Of a stretch of 64,000 nt of DNA, positions 18,599 through 32,235 are shown in pieces. The notes under the pieces are model-generated. The model was not told the DNA's origin. It made no database searches and saw only the letters and a list, made by a program, of their open reading frames with translations. Where the stretch lies: NCBI RefSeq assembly GCF_009914755.1, contig NC_060925.1, one strand, 5' to 3'. The DNA is from the human T2T-CHM13v2.0 reference genome, Homo sapiens. How positions within the stretch are numbered: the stretch's first letter is position 1; every line of letters begins with the position of its first letter. The position numbers and the translations under genes are program-made.

Positions 18599-19003
18599 TG
18601 ATATAGTTTGGATATTTGTTTCTACCCAAATCTCATGATGAATCATAATCCCAATGCAGGAGATGGGGCTTGATGGAAGGTGTTTGGATCATGGGAATGG
18701 ATTCCTCATCAGTGGTTTGGGCCATCCCCTTGGTGATAAGTGAGCTCTCATTCTGAGTTCTCATGAGATCTGGTGTGTCACCTCTCCCCAAACTCTTTCT
18801 CCTGCTCCCAGTCTTGTCATATGATAGGCCTGCTCCCCCTTTGGCTTCTGTCATGATTGGAAGCTTCCTGAGGCTTCTGCAGAAGCAGATGCTGCTATGC
18901 TGCATGTTCAGCCTGCAGAACAGTGAGCCAATTAAATCTATTTTATTATAAATTACCCAGTCTCAGGTATTTCCATATAGCAATGCAAGGACTGCCTAAT
19001 ACA
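18599..19003 (+). mobile_element. Solo MaLR LTR (MSTB-like)
   Basis: TGATATAGTTTGGAT...AGAAGCAGATGCTGCTATGC...CTAATACA. Confidence 0.92.
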
Positions 19004-19008
19004 CTCTC

Positions 19009-19079
<71 letters not shown>

Positions 19080-19100
19080 AAGAGGGAGAGAGAGAGAGAG
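19009..19100. repeat. Compound microsatellite (TA)n(GA)n
   Basis: Directly visible. Confidence 0.98.
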
Positions 19101-19569
19101 TGAGCATTGGGGCTAGGATATAAATAGGCAGTGTAATCCACAGCCTGCAGGCTTAATCACCTTGCTACAACCACTCTATTATCACTGTTGCTGTTGTTGT
19201 TATTTCAATATTAATCATTATGCTAGAGCTGTTTTACATATATATATAATATTATATATATATATCAGAGAGGACTATAATATCATCTAATAGGGTTTTA
19301 TTATAAGAATTAAAAAACATAATATATTTAGGTACTTAAAAATTATCTGGCATATAAATATTCGATAAGTGTTGCCTATAATCACTATTTTAAAATATGC
19401 ATATGTATGTGAAATTTCATATTGTTTAAATATAATTATCATAACTACTTTGTGGCTCACAATAGTCCTGTGAGGCATGTGGTGAATAAAGCTCTACAGT
19501 TCCTCAGCTATTAAGGGATTAAGTGATAATTTAAACCAAATATGTCTAATACCGACATCTATTAGGCCT

Positions 19570-20551
19570 TGTATATTAGTCTCTTATTGCAACAAATTAC
19601 CACAAATTTAGTAGCTCAAACATCACAAATGTATTATTTTACAGTTTTGTGGGTTAGAGGTCCAGGGCAGGACTCACCAGGCTAAAGCCAAAGATTATCA
19701 GGGCTGCATTCCTTCCTGGTTCTTGGAGAGAATCTATTTTCTTGCTCATACCCATTCTTAGCAAAACTCAGTTCCTTACGTTTGTCAGACTGAGGTTTCT
19801 GTTTCCTTGTTAGCTGTCAACTCAGGGCCATTCTCAACTTCTGAAGACCAACCACATCCTTTTCTGATGGCTTCCTTCTTTCATCAACAAAATGAGCAAT
19901 GGGAGGTCAAATCCCTCTCATGCCTCAAAAGTCCCTGTCTATTCTTCTGTCACATCTCTCTCATCAATATTTCTGCCCTCCTCATATGCTTTTAACATGA
20001 TTACATTGGGCCTTCCCAGATAATACAAGAAAAAATCCATATTTTAAGGTCCATGACCTCAATTCCCTCTTCCAAGTTCCTTTGGCCATGTAATGGAACA
20101 TGTTTATGTGTTCCAGAGATGAAGGCATGTTAATATGGTTTGGCTGTGTGTCCCCACATAAGTCTCATGTTGAATTGCAATCCCCAGTGTTGGAGGTGGG
20201 GCCTGGTGGGAGACGATTAGATCAGGGGTGGTTTCTGATGGTTTAGCACCATCTCTCTAGTGCTGTCTCATGATAGAGTTCTCAGGAGATCTGGTTGTTT
20301 AAAGGTATGTAGCACCTCTCCCTTCACTCTCTTCCTCCTACTCTAGACATGTAGGATGTACCTGCTTCCCCTTTGCCATGATAGTAAGTTTCCTGAGGCC
20401 TCTCAGACATGTTTCCTGTATAGCCTGAGGAACTGAGTCGATTAAACTTCTTTTCTTTATAAATTACCCAGTCTCAGGTAGTTCTTTACAGCAATGCATG
20501 AATGAACTAATACACATGTGCATCTTTTGTAGGCTACCATTCTGCCTACCA
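19570..20551 (-). mobile_element. MLT1 (MLT1D/E-like) LTR interrupted by an MST LTR
   Basis: TATTAGT..AACAAATTACCACAAATTTAGT..CATTCTGCCTACCA. Confidence 0.85.
20131..20514 (+). mobile_element. Solo MaLR LTR (MSTA/MSTB-like) nested in MLT1
   Basis: TAATATGGTTTGG...GAACTAATACA. Perfect TSD CATGT at 20126-20130 and 20515-20519. Confidence 0.94.
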
Positions 20552-20741
20552 AATTGCGGCACCTCCAATTTTGTGCTAGGGACCAGTTGGAGTCACATCA
20601 AAAAAGCTGCTAGTGACAGAAAAGGATAAGAATGAGTATCATAAACAAGAGTATAAAATTAATTAAGCTCTCTAAAAGGCAATAATTGAATACTAATCAA
20701 GAGGTCAATGGCGAAAGAGTATGAGTAAAATAGATCAATTT

Positions 20742-21455
20742 GTTTTTAACAGCTTTATTGAGGTATAATTGTTATACTAAGAAATCAGCATATTTAAAGT
20801 GTACAATTTGATGAGTTTGGACATATGCGAACACCTATGATACCATCATCACACTCAAGGTAAAAGACATATCTCATACCTTCCATAGTTTTCTTGTGCC
20901 TTTTTGTTTCTTCTGTTTGTATGGTGTTTGTGAATTTTTTGTGTGTGGGGGTGTGGAAAGAACACTTAACATAATGCTGTGGTTTGAATGTTTGTGTACT
21001 CCCCCAAATACGTGTTGAAGCTTATTCCCCAGTGCAACAGTATTAAGAGGTAGGGCCATTAGGAGGTAAATAGGCCATGAGGGCCCTGCCTTCATTAATT
21101 GGATAGCTAACCTCATAAAAGGGCAAGAGGGAATTAGCCAGGCCTTTTTGCCTTTCTGTGTTCTGTCACATGAGCACCCAGTGGTTGTCCCCTATGGAAT
21201 ATGCAGCAACAACTTGCCATCTTGGAAGCAGAGACCAGGTCCTCACCAGACACCAAACCCACTGACGCCTTGACCTTGGATTTCCCAGCTTCCAGAACTG
21301 TAAGAAACAAATTTCTATTGTTTATAAGTTACCCAGTTTCAAGTATTTTGTTATAGCAGCACGAATGGACAAAGACACATGAGCTCTGCTGTCAACAAAT
21401 GTTGAAGTGCACAGTACTGTATTATCCACAGGGACTATATTATAAAGCAGATCTG
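20742..21455 (-). mobile_element. L1MA9-like 3' end interrupted by an MSTD-like LTR
   Basis: CAGCTTTATTGAGGTATAATT...AAGAACACTTAACAT|GAGCTCT...AGCAGATCT. Confidence 0.8.
20975..21377 (+). mobile_element. Solo MaLR LTR (MSTD/MLT1A-like)
   Basis: TGCTGTGGTTTGAATG...TTGTTATAGCAGCAC..AAGACA. TSD CATAA/CATGA. Confidence 0.88.
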
Positions 21456-21599
21456 CAATAAGTTCTTTGAGAAACTAAATGAACTACATATTTTTCAAGT
21501 GATAAGTAGAAAAAAGTGCAAAAAAATCTGAAAGAAGGTATGGGTAAATATTAGTATGGCATTGCAAAATAAGTTATTAGTTTAAGAGACAAAAATGGT

Positions 21600-22085
21600 A
21601 AAGAAAGATTTATCAATTTCACCAAATAAAATTTATGTATGAAAGGCATCATTAACAGAATTAAAGGACAAATAAACTAGGGAAGAGTATGTATAAGGGG
21701 ATGGATGCCACAAATTTATTAATGTTTTCTACAAATCAATAAAAAGATTAAAAACTCCAGTAGGCACAGAGACAAAGGAAAATAAACAGGCAACTCATAT
21801 ATGAAGAAATAAATGAAGAAATATCAGTGGTTAGTAAATAAACAAAAAACAATTGTATCATATAACACACACACAGAATATTTTTCAACTAGCAAATTTA
21901 GGCAAAGATAGAAATTGTCTAGTTAAGAACTTTTTCTTGGCAATACAACTTCTAAAGATTTATCCCAAGGAAAGAAGCAGAAAAAATGCCTAAAAAGATA
22001 TGTGTAAGGACATAGATACAGGACACAGACGCAGATATAAATAAAGATACAGAGCATTATTTATTTATAATAGCAAAAAAAGAAG
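21600..22085 (+). mobile_element. Highly decayed L1ME fragment
   Basis: CTACAAATCAATAA..AACAGGCAACTCA..GCAATACAACTTCTAAAGATTTATCCCAAGGAAA..TTTATAATAGCAAAAA. Confidence 0.55.
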
Positions 22086-25000
22086 AACAAGGTACACATA
22101 ACTAAAATTATTCCCTGTTTATCCTGAATGCCTTATAAAATCATTTATTAAATGTTTTTGGACAAGCATGTGAACACATTGTAGTATTAAAAACAAACAA
22201 ACAAAAAATCTTTTCAAAATATGTTGAAGAGAAAATAAAGATCAAGATGTTGAGATTTTCCTAGGAAGAGAGATTTGAAAAGTAATTTGAGACAGACATT
22301 CAATCCATAATGAACCATGTAGAAAGCTGCCTTAAAACCTTTTGGAAGAAGGCAAGGTACAAATATAGAACTGTTTGGGAGAGAATAAACTACTATAAAG
22401 GCTAAAACACAAATGTGAAGTAAGCACATAAATACATCTGGTTTCACAGACATTAGGGCAAACACGGAATTTAGAAAAATACTGTCATGAATTGAGTTAG
22501 ATTTAGTCATTAATTTTCATTTAATGAGTCAGAACTAGCCATAATTTCTCATTTAATAAGTAAGATTTATGGTACTATATAAGCTTGAAAATATTAGTAA
22601 TTAATAGAAATTGGCTTGGTAAAGACATATGATCACTCATTTAAAGGCAATTCGATATTGGAAATGAAGCATGATTACTCTACATCCAGCAGAAATTTAT
22701 AACACTAAATTGATAGTCACATTTAACTATAGGAAGAGAATGTAAATTTCACTCAAGGTTCACACTATGAGTAATGAATAATCAACTGAGAAATAATTGC
22801 AGCCATAAAGCATAATTATTCATGCACTTTGCCTACCAGGGCATATTTGCCCAATATTAAGTATCCTAAGACTTGATCAGAAATGAGGACATGGTCATAT
22901 CCCATTGGCATCTTCTATTTAACACTTCAATAAATTTGTAGTTTGTTTTCTTTCTTATAGAATTGACTTATTGTAGATCTGCTTTACAACAGAGTCCCTT
23001 TAGGTAATACAGTACCAGCATACTACTCAATACCAAAGAAAGTCACAAGACTGTACAAGATCAGGTACCAAAATACAAAATATATAAGGTACGTAAATTA
23101 AAGAGTGTATGTGTGTTTTGCTTCTGGATATTTACCTAGAAAGAACGGGGCTCCAATTTTCAGAGAGATTAAACGGAAAGGCATTTTCCCTGTGTAAAAG
23201 CAAAATATGTTTTGATTATTATCATCTTCCTTTAAAAAAAATTTCAGTTTCTCCCTTATTCCTTTTCTAAAAATCCATTTAACAAAACCTTTTAATTGCA
23301 TTTCGAAAAAGTTATTGCCAGTAATTTGCTATTTGGGTATTGTATATATGCTACAACATGACATCCTACATGTGAATCCCCATATCCTGTGGCAAATTTA
23401 TGTTATTCAATCTTTGAAGCAAGAATTATACAGTTTTATGAAGACAGGATACTACTTTGAAGAAAATAATTGATTAGAAAACCCTGAATTTTCTTACTGT
23501 TTCATTTTTCCCCTAAAGTAATGTTTAAGCAAGGTCAGGACCCCTATCCTATCCACCCTTGGACATGTACTACATGAAGATTCTTAGGGAAATCCAGTGA
23601 ATGGAAAAGACAAGTTTTCCCCAAAGTCTAGAAATATGGGATCTTCTGAAGAGACATAATAAAAATATTTATTAAAGATTTAATTATAAGCTGGAGAGTT
23701 AATATGTTTACCCAATGGAGAGATCTTTGTTAGGATCTTTAATTGAATCTCTAATTAAAGCCCTACCATATAATTGAGGCTGAGTCTAGCATCACTGTGG
23801 AATATACTACCAAAAGGTTGAAGGAAGAAAATGAAGAATTGACACCCCACAAGCATGTGGAAATACATTTTAAAGCTACATTTTAAGACACAGAAATGTC
23901 TATGAATATTAATGAATTCCTATTCACCATTTTGTGCTACCAGTTAAAACATTAGTACTCTTTCCCATCTGTTTGCTATAGTGTAGCCATTCATACTCAG
24001 CCTGCAAAACAGATTTGTCACATTTTCTCCATATTCCAAAGGGTTAGATACTGGTAGGAGACAGCACTAATCATAAAGCATGCTCTCATGGATTCACACT
24101 ACTAACTAGAAAACCAGTACAAATTGCAGAATTAGAGAGATTAAGGAGAATGTAGCGACATACAATAAGCAAATCAGCCCTACTTCATCAAACAAATGTT
24201 CTTTGCTGTACAATAACAAAGATAATTGAAGACTGCACTGGAAGGGAGCCTAACAGTATAATAAATACTTGGCTGTGATTCACATGCCAATCAGAAACTG
24301 AGACACGACGAGTTCTGAAGCAGATCTTGTCTGATTTGAACAGTGGCCTTATTATTTATTTATTTCAAATTTGGCTTAAAGGGCTACATCAGAGTTAAAA
24401 GTTTTTTTGAGGGAGGAACTAATTAGACTCTGTGAATTTAATGTAAGCTCTCACCATGTCTTAAATTTACTTTGCTGCTTTCTCTGTAATAAAAATATTG
24501 CTTTTATAATTTTTAATAGCAGAAAGTAATAAAAATCAAAGCAACCAAATTGTTGAAGTTTTCCACTCACAGAATAGGCTGCCAACATTTTCTAATAATG
24601 GAATCTTACTAGTTGTGTGCCCTTGAGCTCAGTTTTATCTATATTTCATGTATGCTGCTGTAAAACCTGAACAATAGCACCTACCTTGTAAAATTTTTGC
24701 CAGGATTGAGATGCATTGTGGGTTCCTTCAGCAACAAACGAAGATTAGATATGTAGGGTCAGTGATATCTCCCAGTTGTTTGTTGTTGTTGTTTTGCATG
24801 AGTCTGTATGAATGAGAACTTTTATTTTTGATTAAAGAAAGAAGGAAAAGGGTGGTTCACAATCACCAGAGGCAGAATAAATCAAGGTGGGGAAAAAGAA
24901 AATGCTATAAAGTCCATTCTCCAGTCACTTCAAGTTCTATAAAAGAGGTGCAAAGAAGATAAGGGGGCATTTTGACAAGGGATAGTCAGAGACTAGAAGT

Positions 25001-25649
25001 GCAGTCAGCCAGACTTCAAGGCTCAAGAGATGCAGGGGTAGGAATAACCAAGCTCTTCCCATTTCTTTGTCAACTGAAGTAGCAGAGTCAGGCTAGAGTG
25101 TTAATAGCAGACCAGAAGCATGAGCAGTGTCAACTATATTGGAAAGAGAGACAAGTACCTCAAGGAATCCATGGACTGCAGTGGCCATAGGGAGATATCT
25201 TTCAAAAGATTTTCGAGTAATAAATGCCCAAGAGATTTAACACAAAAGAATGTAAGTAGAAATTTTCTGAAGCACATGAGAACAACCTGTTAGAAATTCT
25301 ACAGAATAATGGAAGGGTTTGGCAGGAAGTGGGGAGGGCTCCAAGAAAGATCTGAGGAGACATTAAAATCTGAAGCTTAATGTATTTTTTACCTGCAGTT
25401 CACAGGGTCTGGGTCATTTTAGTTACATGCTTCCCATATTTTTGTTTTTATTTTCTTAACTAAAGACAAGCTACTAGAGAATAGATGCATATCTCAAAAG
25501 TTTTGTATTTCCCACATTAGCCAGGCACTATGCTAGGCACAATTTAGCTGTTTAATACATTATTGCCTTTCGTAGTGCATAGGCCAACAGAATTGATCAA
25601 TAAATAAATAAATGGAGAATATGCTCGAGAACAAATTGACAAACAAGAC

Positions 25650-26200
25650 ATAAATAAATCACCAAGAACAGATGGCATCCAACCAAATGTTTTTAAAGCA
25701 GTCAGAGGACACTGGAATTGCTCACTAAACTGTTTAATCTTTCATTAGAATTGGACACTGCACCAAACCATTGGCTCATTGCCATCTTGTTTTTTAAAAA
25801 GACTTGAAAAGTGACCTTGGAATTGATTTAATGCTTCAGAGTTAGAAATTAGCAAATTACATGTTAAATATTAGTAATGAAATAAGTGGTTTTAAGTTGT
25901 TTCTAGAAAGGTAAAGTGGGCCATAGAATGAAATAAAATTTAACTGAATGATATTTATATTTTGATAAACATGAGACAACAGAGAATAATTTATGTCAAT
26001 TTTTAGAAAGTCTTGGGAAAGTTCCAGGTCAATAAATTCACCAGAAAATTGGAGAAAATGCTTACTCATGAAGAGAAAACTGACTTCGAGAATACAGAGA
26101 CAGAACTATCTTGTTTTTCTTTATTTAAATGACAACATTGAAGTATGTCAGAGATGATGACAGCTATATATAATACCTTCATAATTGATTTCAAAGAGCA
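25650..26200 (+). mobile_element. CR1/L3 LINE relic (RT-proximal region)
   Basis: AAATCACCAAGAACAGATGGCATCCAACCAAATGTT translates KSPRTDGIQPNV (compare CR1 KSPGPDGIHPRV). Later degenerate PIFKKG..DPG and LDFQKA-like (TTGATTTCAAAGAGC) segments. Confidence 0.6.
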
Positions 26201-26674
26201 AGCAAACAATTTTAAAGAATGAGTGAGGCTTCATCACATAGAGAAAAGACAGAAGGCACAGTATGGGTAGAGGAGACAACATGTATAAAGGATATAGAGA
26301 TGTAACTCCTGTGTCCTATCAGGGAATTGCCTCAGCTCCGATAAGGAAGAAATGGTAATAGTGGAGTCTAGATGAAGTTGCATGAGCCCTCACTTAGAAG
26401 TATGACTCCATCCTTTAGGCAGCCAGGAACGATTACAGTATATCTAGCACAATGTGTATGTGATGCCGTTAGACTTGTTCTTAGGAAAATAATTTTGGAA
26501 ATAGAATATGAAAATAAGTTGGAGAAAATGGAGATGTAGAAAGAGATTAATAACCTAACTAGAAGGTAACAGTGACAAGTTTTTGATAAATTTTCAGGTA
26601 GTTATAAGGAAGAGTCAAAGATGAATTTGGCTGGATGAATGGGAAGTCTAGTGTGAGGAAGTAGCAATTTTTTT

Positions 26675-27690
26675 TTGTATAGGACACTGAGAGCACAGGC
26701 AACAAAAGCAAAAGTAGACAAATAAGATAGCATCAGGGTAAAAAGCTTCTGCACAGCAAATAAAACATTAATAGAGTAAAGAGAAAAGCTACAGAATGGA
26801 AGAAAATATCTGCAAACCATACATCTGATAAGGGGTTAAAATTCAAAATACATAAGGAACTTAGACAATTCAATAGCAAAAAAAAAAACTCAACTAAAAA
26901 TGGGCAAAAGGCTTGAACAGATATCTGTCAAAAGAAGACATACACATGGCCAATAGGTCCATGAAAAATGTTCAGCATCATTAATCTCTAAGGAGATGCA
27001 AATTATAACCACAATGAGGTATCACCTCAAACCTAGTAGAATGGCTATTATCAAAAATATTAAAGACAACAAGTGTTGGTAAAGATGCAGAATACAGGGA
27101 ATTCTTGTCCATTGTTGGTGGGAATGTAAATTATTACAGCTACAATGGAAGATGATATAGAGGTACCTCAAAAACCTAAAAATATAACTACCGTATAATC
27201 AAGTAATCCCATTTCTGGTCATATAGCCAAAAAAATTGAAATCAATATGTTGGAGGATATCTGTACTCTCATGCATATTGCAGCATTATTCACAATAGCC
27301 AAGCACTGGAATCAACCTGTGCCCATCAATTCATGAATGGATAAAGAAAGGGTGGCATATATACACAATGGAATAAAATTCAATCTTTAAGAAGAAGGAC
27401 TTTTTAGTTCAGTGGATAAACCTGGAGGATATTAGGCTAAGTGAAATAAACCAGGCCCAGAAAGTAAAATACTGCATGATCTTACTTATATGTGGAACCT
27501 TAAAAAGTTGAATTCATAGAGGCAGAGAACAGAATGATGGTTGCTAGAGACCAGGGTAAGGAGGGGGAATGAGGACTTGTTGGTCAAAGGCTGCAAAGTT
27601 TCAGATAAACGGGAGGAATAAGTTTTGAGATCTATTGCACAGCAAGGTGACTGCAGTTATTAAAAATGTATATTTCAAAATTTTTAAAAA
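26675..27690 (+). mobile_element. L1MA (MA6-8-like): ORF2 end plus partial 3'UTR
   Basis: AAAAGCTTCTGCACAGCAAA...GAGATCTATTGCACAGCAAGGTGACT. Confidence 0.88.
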
Positions 27691-29380
27691 GTTGATTACT
27701 TATTTAAAGCTTGAGAGATTGAGGCATGAGACCAATATATTATACAAAAAGGAGACTAGGTAAAGCAAGCTATAATGAGTTTGACACATGTGACATTTAA
27801 TTAAAGATGAAAATATTCAATTACACTTAGAAATATAGGCTAATAAAATATTAGGGATGCAGATTTATAGATTTGTACAGGGAATAATTCATATCTCAAG
27901 AATGTCTATTTTATACTAAATCTTTCAAAAATTTCTTACATACTACAGCATTGAGAACTTTTTTCCTAAATTATCATTCCCTTGCTTTTAAGGCAGTATA
28001 GCATTATATCCCATCTAGCTTATTTGAATCCTTTTACTATTCTTTCTAACTTCAGTATGTGTACTGTCAAAATTATTTGCATTTCATAGTCCAGTGTATG
28101 CAGAGACCACAGGTGCCCCAAGTTGAAGAAATATTGCCAACTGTCTCTCCTATGGGACATGTATGTGCAAAGTCAGTAATCTTTGAAGAGGACGTCATGG
28201 AGGCCCTAGAGCTTGGAAATGTACTTAGATTTATTTATTTGAGCTACATGGAATGTTTATTTTTATTAGTAAGTCATGCTGCAACATGTATCGCTGATCA
28301 TGACTTCCTTCCTGACCTCTGTTCCTGCCACACTAAATGCGTTTATACTATTATAAAAATGTCTGACAAAATAAAATTAAATATATGTATACCATTGGTT
28401 ATTAAAACAAATAATAAAAATGTTATTGAGAATTTTCTGTGCAATTTGAGTCTGAGATAAGTAATACTATTATGTCCTAACTCTCTGTTCTATTTCCCAT
28501 AAATTCTTCTTTTTAAATAAATATTCTCAGTAAAATAGAATTGGCAAAATCAGGAATCTTACCAGAAACAGTTTCCCATATATACAAATAGGAAAAGTAC
28601 CATTATTAGGTCTATTTTTAGTCTACTTATTCATATTTAGAAATGATATTTTTAAGTGAGAGATCAAAAAGTAAGAAACAAAAATCCAACTCCAGTAACC
28701 TTGAAAAAAATCACACAATTCTCTACTGGAGTACCTTGAAGAGACGGTCAAATAGGAGAAGCACATCACACAAAACACTTCAAATGTCCCACTCAATCCT
28801 GTTTATACGTCCGACTCCTCAAAACCCCTCTTTGCAGGAACACTGCTACTCCTCTTTTCTGTCTGGGAATATTAACTCCCTTTCTACCACTCCTTGCCTT
28901 CCTGATAAATCATTTTCTTTCATGACTTACTGCAATACCTGTCTAATGGAAATAAATCACAGCTTTTCTTACCTCACTCTAATTATTCTCTATTGGAGAC
29001 AGAGATAATGGAGATATCTCTCTAATGATAGATTACTCCCATTATCTGATCAGCACTACAAAGGATAGAATGTAAAACAACAAAATATAAGTTCTTCTTT
29101 TGCCAGCATAAGGGAAGAAAAGCCTGTGTATACTTGCCATGTAACATTCTTGCCATGGTCGCATACATTTTGTCAGAACTATTGTGATGCAAATGCATCA
29201 GAAACAAACTATAATATAAAAATGGCTATGTCAAAATGTCCTACTTTGCAACCTGACATCCTCAATGCAATTTGTACTCTTGCCAACCACTTTCAAATAT
29301 TTAATCTGTAACATCTGAGTTTAATTTTCATTATCGTGCATCCTGCCAACCCACAGTCACTCTACACTATTATACTCTTA

Positions 29381-29480
29381 TTCATTCATTCAGTAGATAC
29401 CTACTAGGGGCTTGTGATTATCAGAGATCTGGGAAGGAGAGATGCAACTAACAGCAAGACAGACATTTATCTAGTTTTAG
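29381..29480 (-). mobile_element. L2 3' end fragment
   Basis: TTCATTCATTCAGTAGATAC terminal repeat followed by AACAGCAAGACAGACA. Confidence 0.6.
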
Positions 29481-30487
29481 AATACTTACATTCCCTTAAG
29501 ATAAGGTGGGGAAAATAGAAAAAATGAAAAATAAATGGCACAATTTATGGAAAGTATATAGCACAGAATGTGGAATGCAGAGATTTTAAGAGATTAGTTT
29601 TGTTAATCCCAGCTTTTCCCAATATATTCAATGAATGTCTATTTGGTTCCCACTGGAACAAGCAATGGGCTAGAAACTGTGAGAGGTTACAAATATCAAT
29701 TACATACAGACCTTACCTTTAAGGAGTCTTCAATGCCTCATGTAATAAAAGACAGAAGACATACAGGTGAGGTCTACAGTGCAATGGTATAAAATGGTAC
29801 CTACTATAAGTGAAAAGCTAAATTTTATTTAAACCAAAAAGAGAAAGAAAGCATTTCTACTAGTGGGGATAAAGGTTTACTCTATATAGTATTTATTTGA
29901 AATTTATATTGCTTTACATTATTACTCTTTAGTAAGTCCATAGCTTTAATTCACGATTAGTCAATAATAAGGTTTTAGAACTGTAGTGGAAAATGCTTTG
30001 AACTTGTAATCAAAAGTAATCTGGCCAAAGATTGACTATGTTACTTATCTACTCATGGTTAAAGTTCTGTCTTCCTCTCCTAAATGGCTACCTCACAGAT
30101 GTGTGTCTAAATATCACATTAATTAAATGAGAAAATAAATGTGAATATGACCAGTGGTGTCTGACACAAAATGGTTGTTCAGTAAAGGACTAAAACTTTT
30201 TTCGTGCATCAATACTTGGTACACTACCCAGAAATAAAGAGTATCTATTTGGGAGATAACAGCTTGGAACATAAACTGATACCCAAAAAAAATTATCACA
30301 ATACATTTTAGAATATGCACTAAATTCTCAAATACTAGACACCACATTTTGAAACTTGCAAAAAAATTGTTTGAGAAGATAAAATACATTTACAAAATAG
30401 GTCACGATTATCAATATATCACAACAAAATCTATGCTGGTCATATCTGTAAAAAAATACAAAACTTGTTCAGATAAATTTAAAATTG

Positions 30488-31111
30488 GTTTGTTACATAG
30501 GTAAACCTGTGTCATGAGGGTTTGTTGTACAGATTATTTCATCACCCAGGTATTAAGCCTAGTACCCTTTAGTTATTTGTCCTGATCCTCTCTCTCCTCC
30601 TACCCTCCACCCTCCAAAAGGCTGAGTGTGTGTTGTTCCCCTTTATGTGTCCATGTGTTCTCATCATTTTGCTCCCATTTGTAAGTGAAAACATGTGGTA
30701 TTTGGGTTTCTGTTCCTGTGCTAGTTTGCTAAGCATGAGGGCCTCCAGCTTCATCCATGTCCCTGCAAAGAACATAATCTCATTCATTTTTATTCCTGCA
30801 TAGCATTCCATGGTGTATATGTGCCACATTTTCTTCATCCAGTCTATCATTAATGGGCATTTAGGTTGATTCTTGTCTTTGCTATTGCGAATAGTGCTGC
30901 AATGAACACACGTGTGCATGTGTCTTTATGATAGAATGATTTATATTCCTTTGGATATATACCCAGTAATAGGATTGCTGAGTCAAATGGGTACTAGGCT
31001 TAATACCAGGGTGATGAAATAATCTGTACAACAAACCTCCATGACACAATTTTACCTATATAACAAACCTGCACTTGTACCTCCCAAGCATAAAAGTTAA
31101 AAATAAATAAA
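30488..31111 (+). mobile_element. 5'-truncated, 5'-inverted L1PA (PA11-13-like)
   Basis: 30488-30989 is antisense L1 3' region and 30985-31111 is the sense 3' end with A-tail. TSD TAAAATTG at 30480-30487 and 31112-31119. Confidence 0.92.
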
Positions 31112-31759
31112 TAAAATTGAGACTTTCTTAATGACTCTCACAAGGAAGTTAGGGATATTTTAGAACAGCATGATATGACAGACAGTTCATTGGAGTGGCC
31201 ATCAAGAGATTTAGATTAATTGCCTTATACTGCAACCGAATATCTGCGAGGCCCCTTAAGCATCTGTTTCATCATCTGTACAATGGCAGAGTTCTTGTAA
31301 TTTCACCAATCATATTGTGTCATACTCATTTCAGAGTTGCAAATATAGAGTACAATTAACTAATAATACCATAAATGCTCATGCATTACCACAGGTCATT
31401 GAAATAGATAGAAAGTTGATCCGACTCCATATGAAATTTTCAATGTTTTAGACAGTTATTTTATTATCATTTTTATTGTCACAAAACTCATCTGAATGGT
31501 CATACAAAGGTATGAAGCCTGGAGCTTACAATGTACACAATATTTTTAAAAATTGTCTTCTACAAAAGAGTCCTTTTGTGAGATCTTTACCAAAAATTCA
31601 ATATTTACCAGAATTCTCTTGGTTGCAAATACCAGAAGCACTTCACAAATCAGTTGACACAAAAAATAATAAATTGTTCACACAGTCACAAGTTCCACGG
31701 TTGGCTGACCTATAGGCTTACCTGGATCCGATGACTTACATTATGTTAATATGTGTGTC

Positions 31760-31890
31760 TCCTTTCCCCTCCCTTTCCCTCCCCTATCACTCATCCCCTC
31801 TTTTCTTCCCATCTCTTCCCTCCTCTCCTTCTCTCTTTCCTCCCTCTCAACCTCCATTTTTCCTTCCCTTCCTCCCTCCTAGGCTCCCCA
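31760..31890. repeat. CT-rich polypyrimidine low-complexity tract
   Basis: Almost entirely C/T over ~130 bp. Confidence 0.9.
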
Positions 31891-32235
31891 CTGTCAAAGC
31901 TGTGCTTTTTGTATGTTGCCCTCATTGTTTTGGAACATAAGTGGCTTCCTCAGAGTGCTTGGGTACAATGGCCTCAAACAACTCTTACAAAAGACTATTA
32001 ATTTTCAATAAAAGAAAGAAAGAAAATAAATAAAACTTTAAAATCACCACAGCAGGAAAGTCTTAAAACTCTAGGAAAGACCAGATTGACCCAGTTAGAA
32101 TTATCAACCCATTCTAAACCTATTACTGAGATTGAAGAGATGGACTACTTTAAACAACCCAGGTTTAAAAACATCTGTGCACACGGGACTACAATATGTG
32201 AAATAAGACACACCTGAATCCCAGGGCCTGTGGTA

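Noticed and set aside
28059-29008. 133-aa and 121-aa ORFs in non-Alu sequence
   Set aside because: No recognisable domain and no convincing splice or promoter context. The lengths are compatible with chance in 64 kb.
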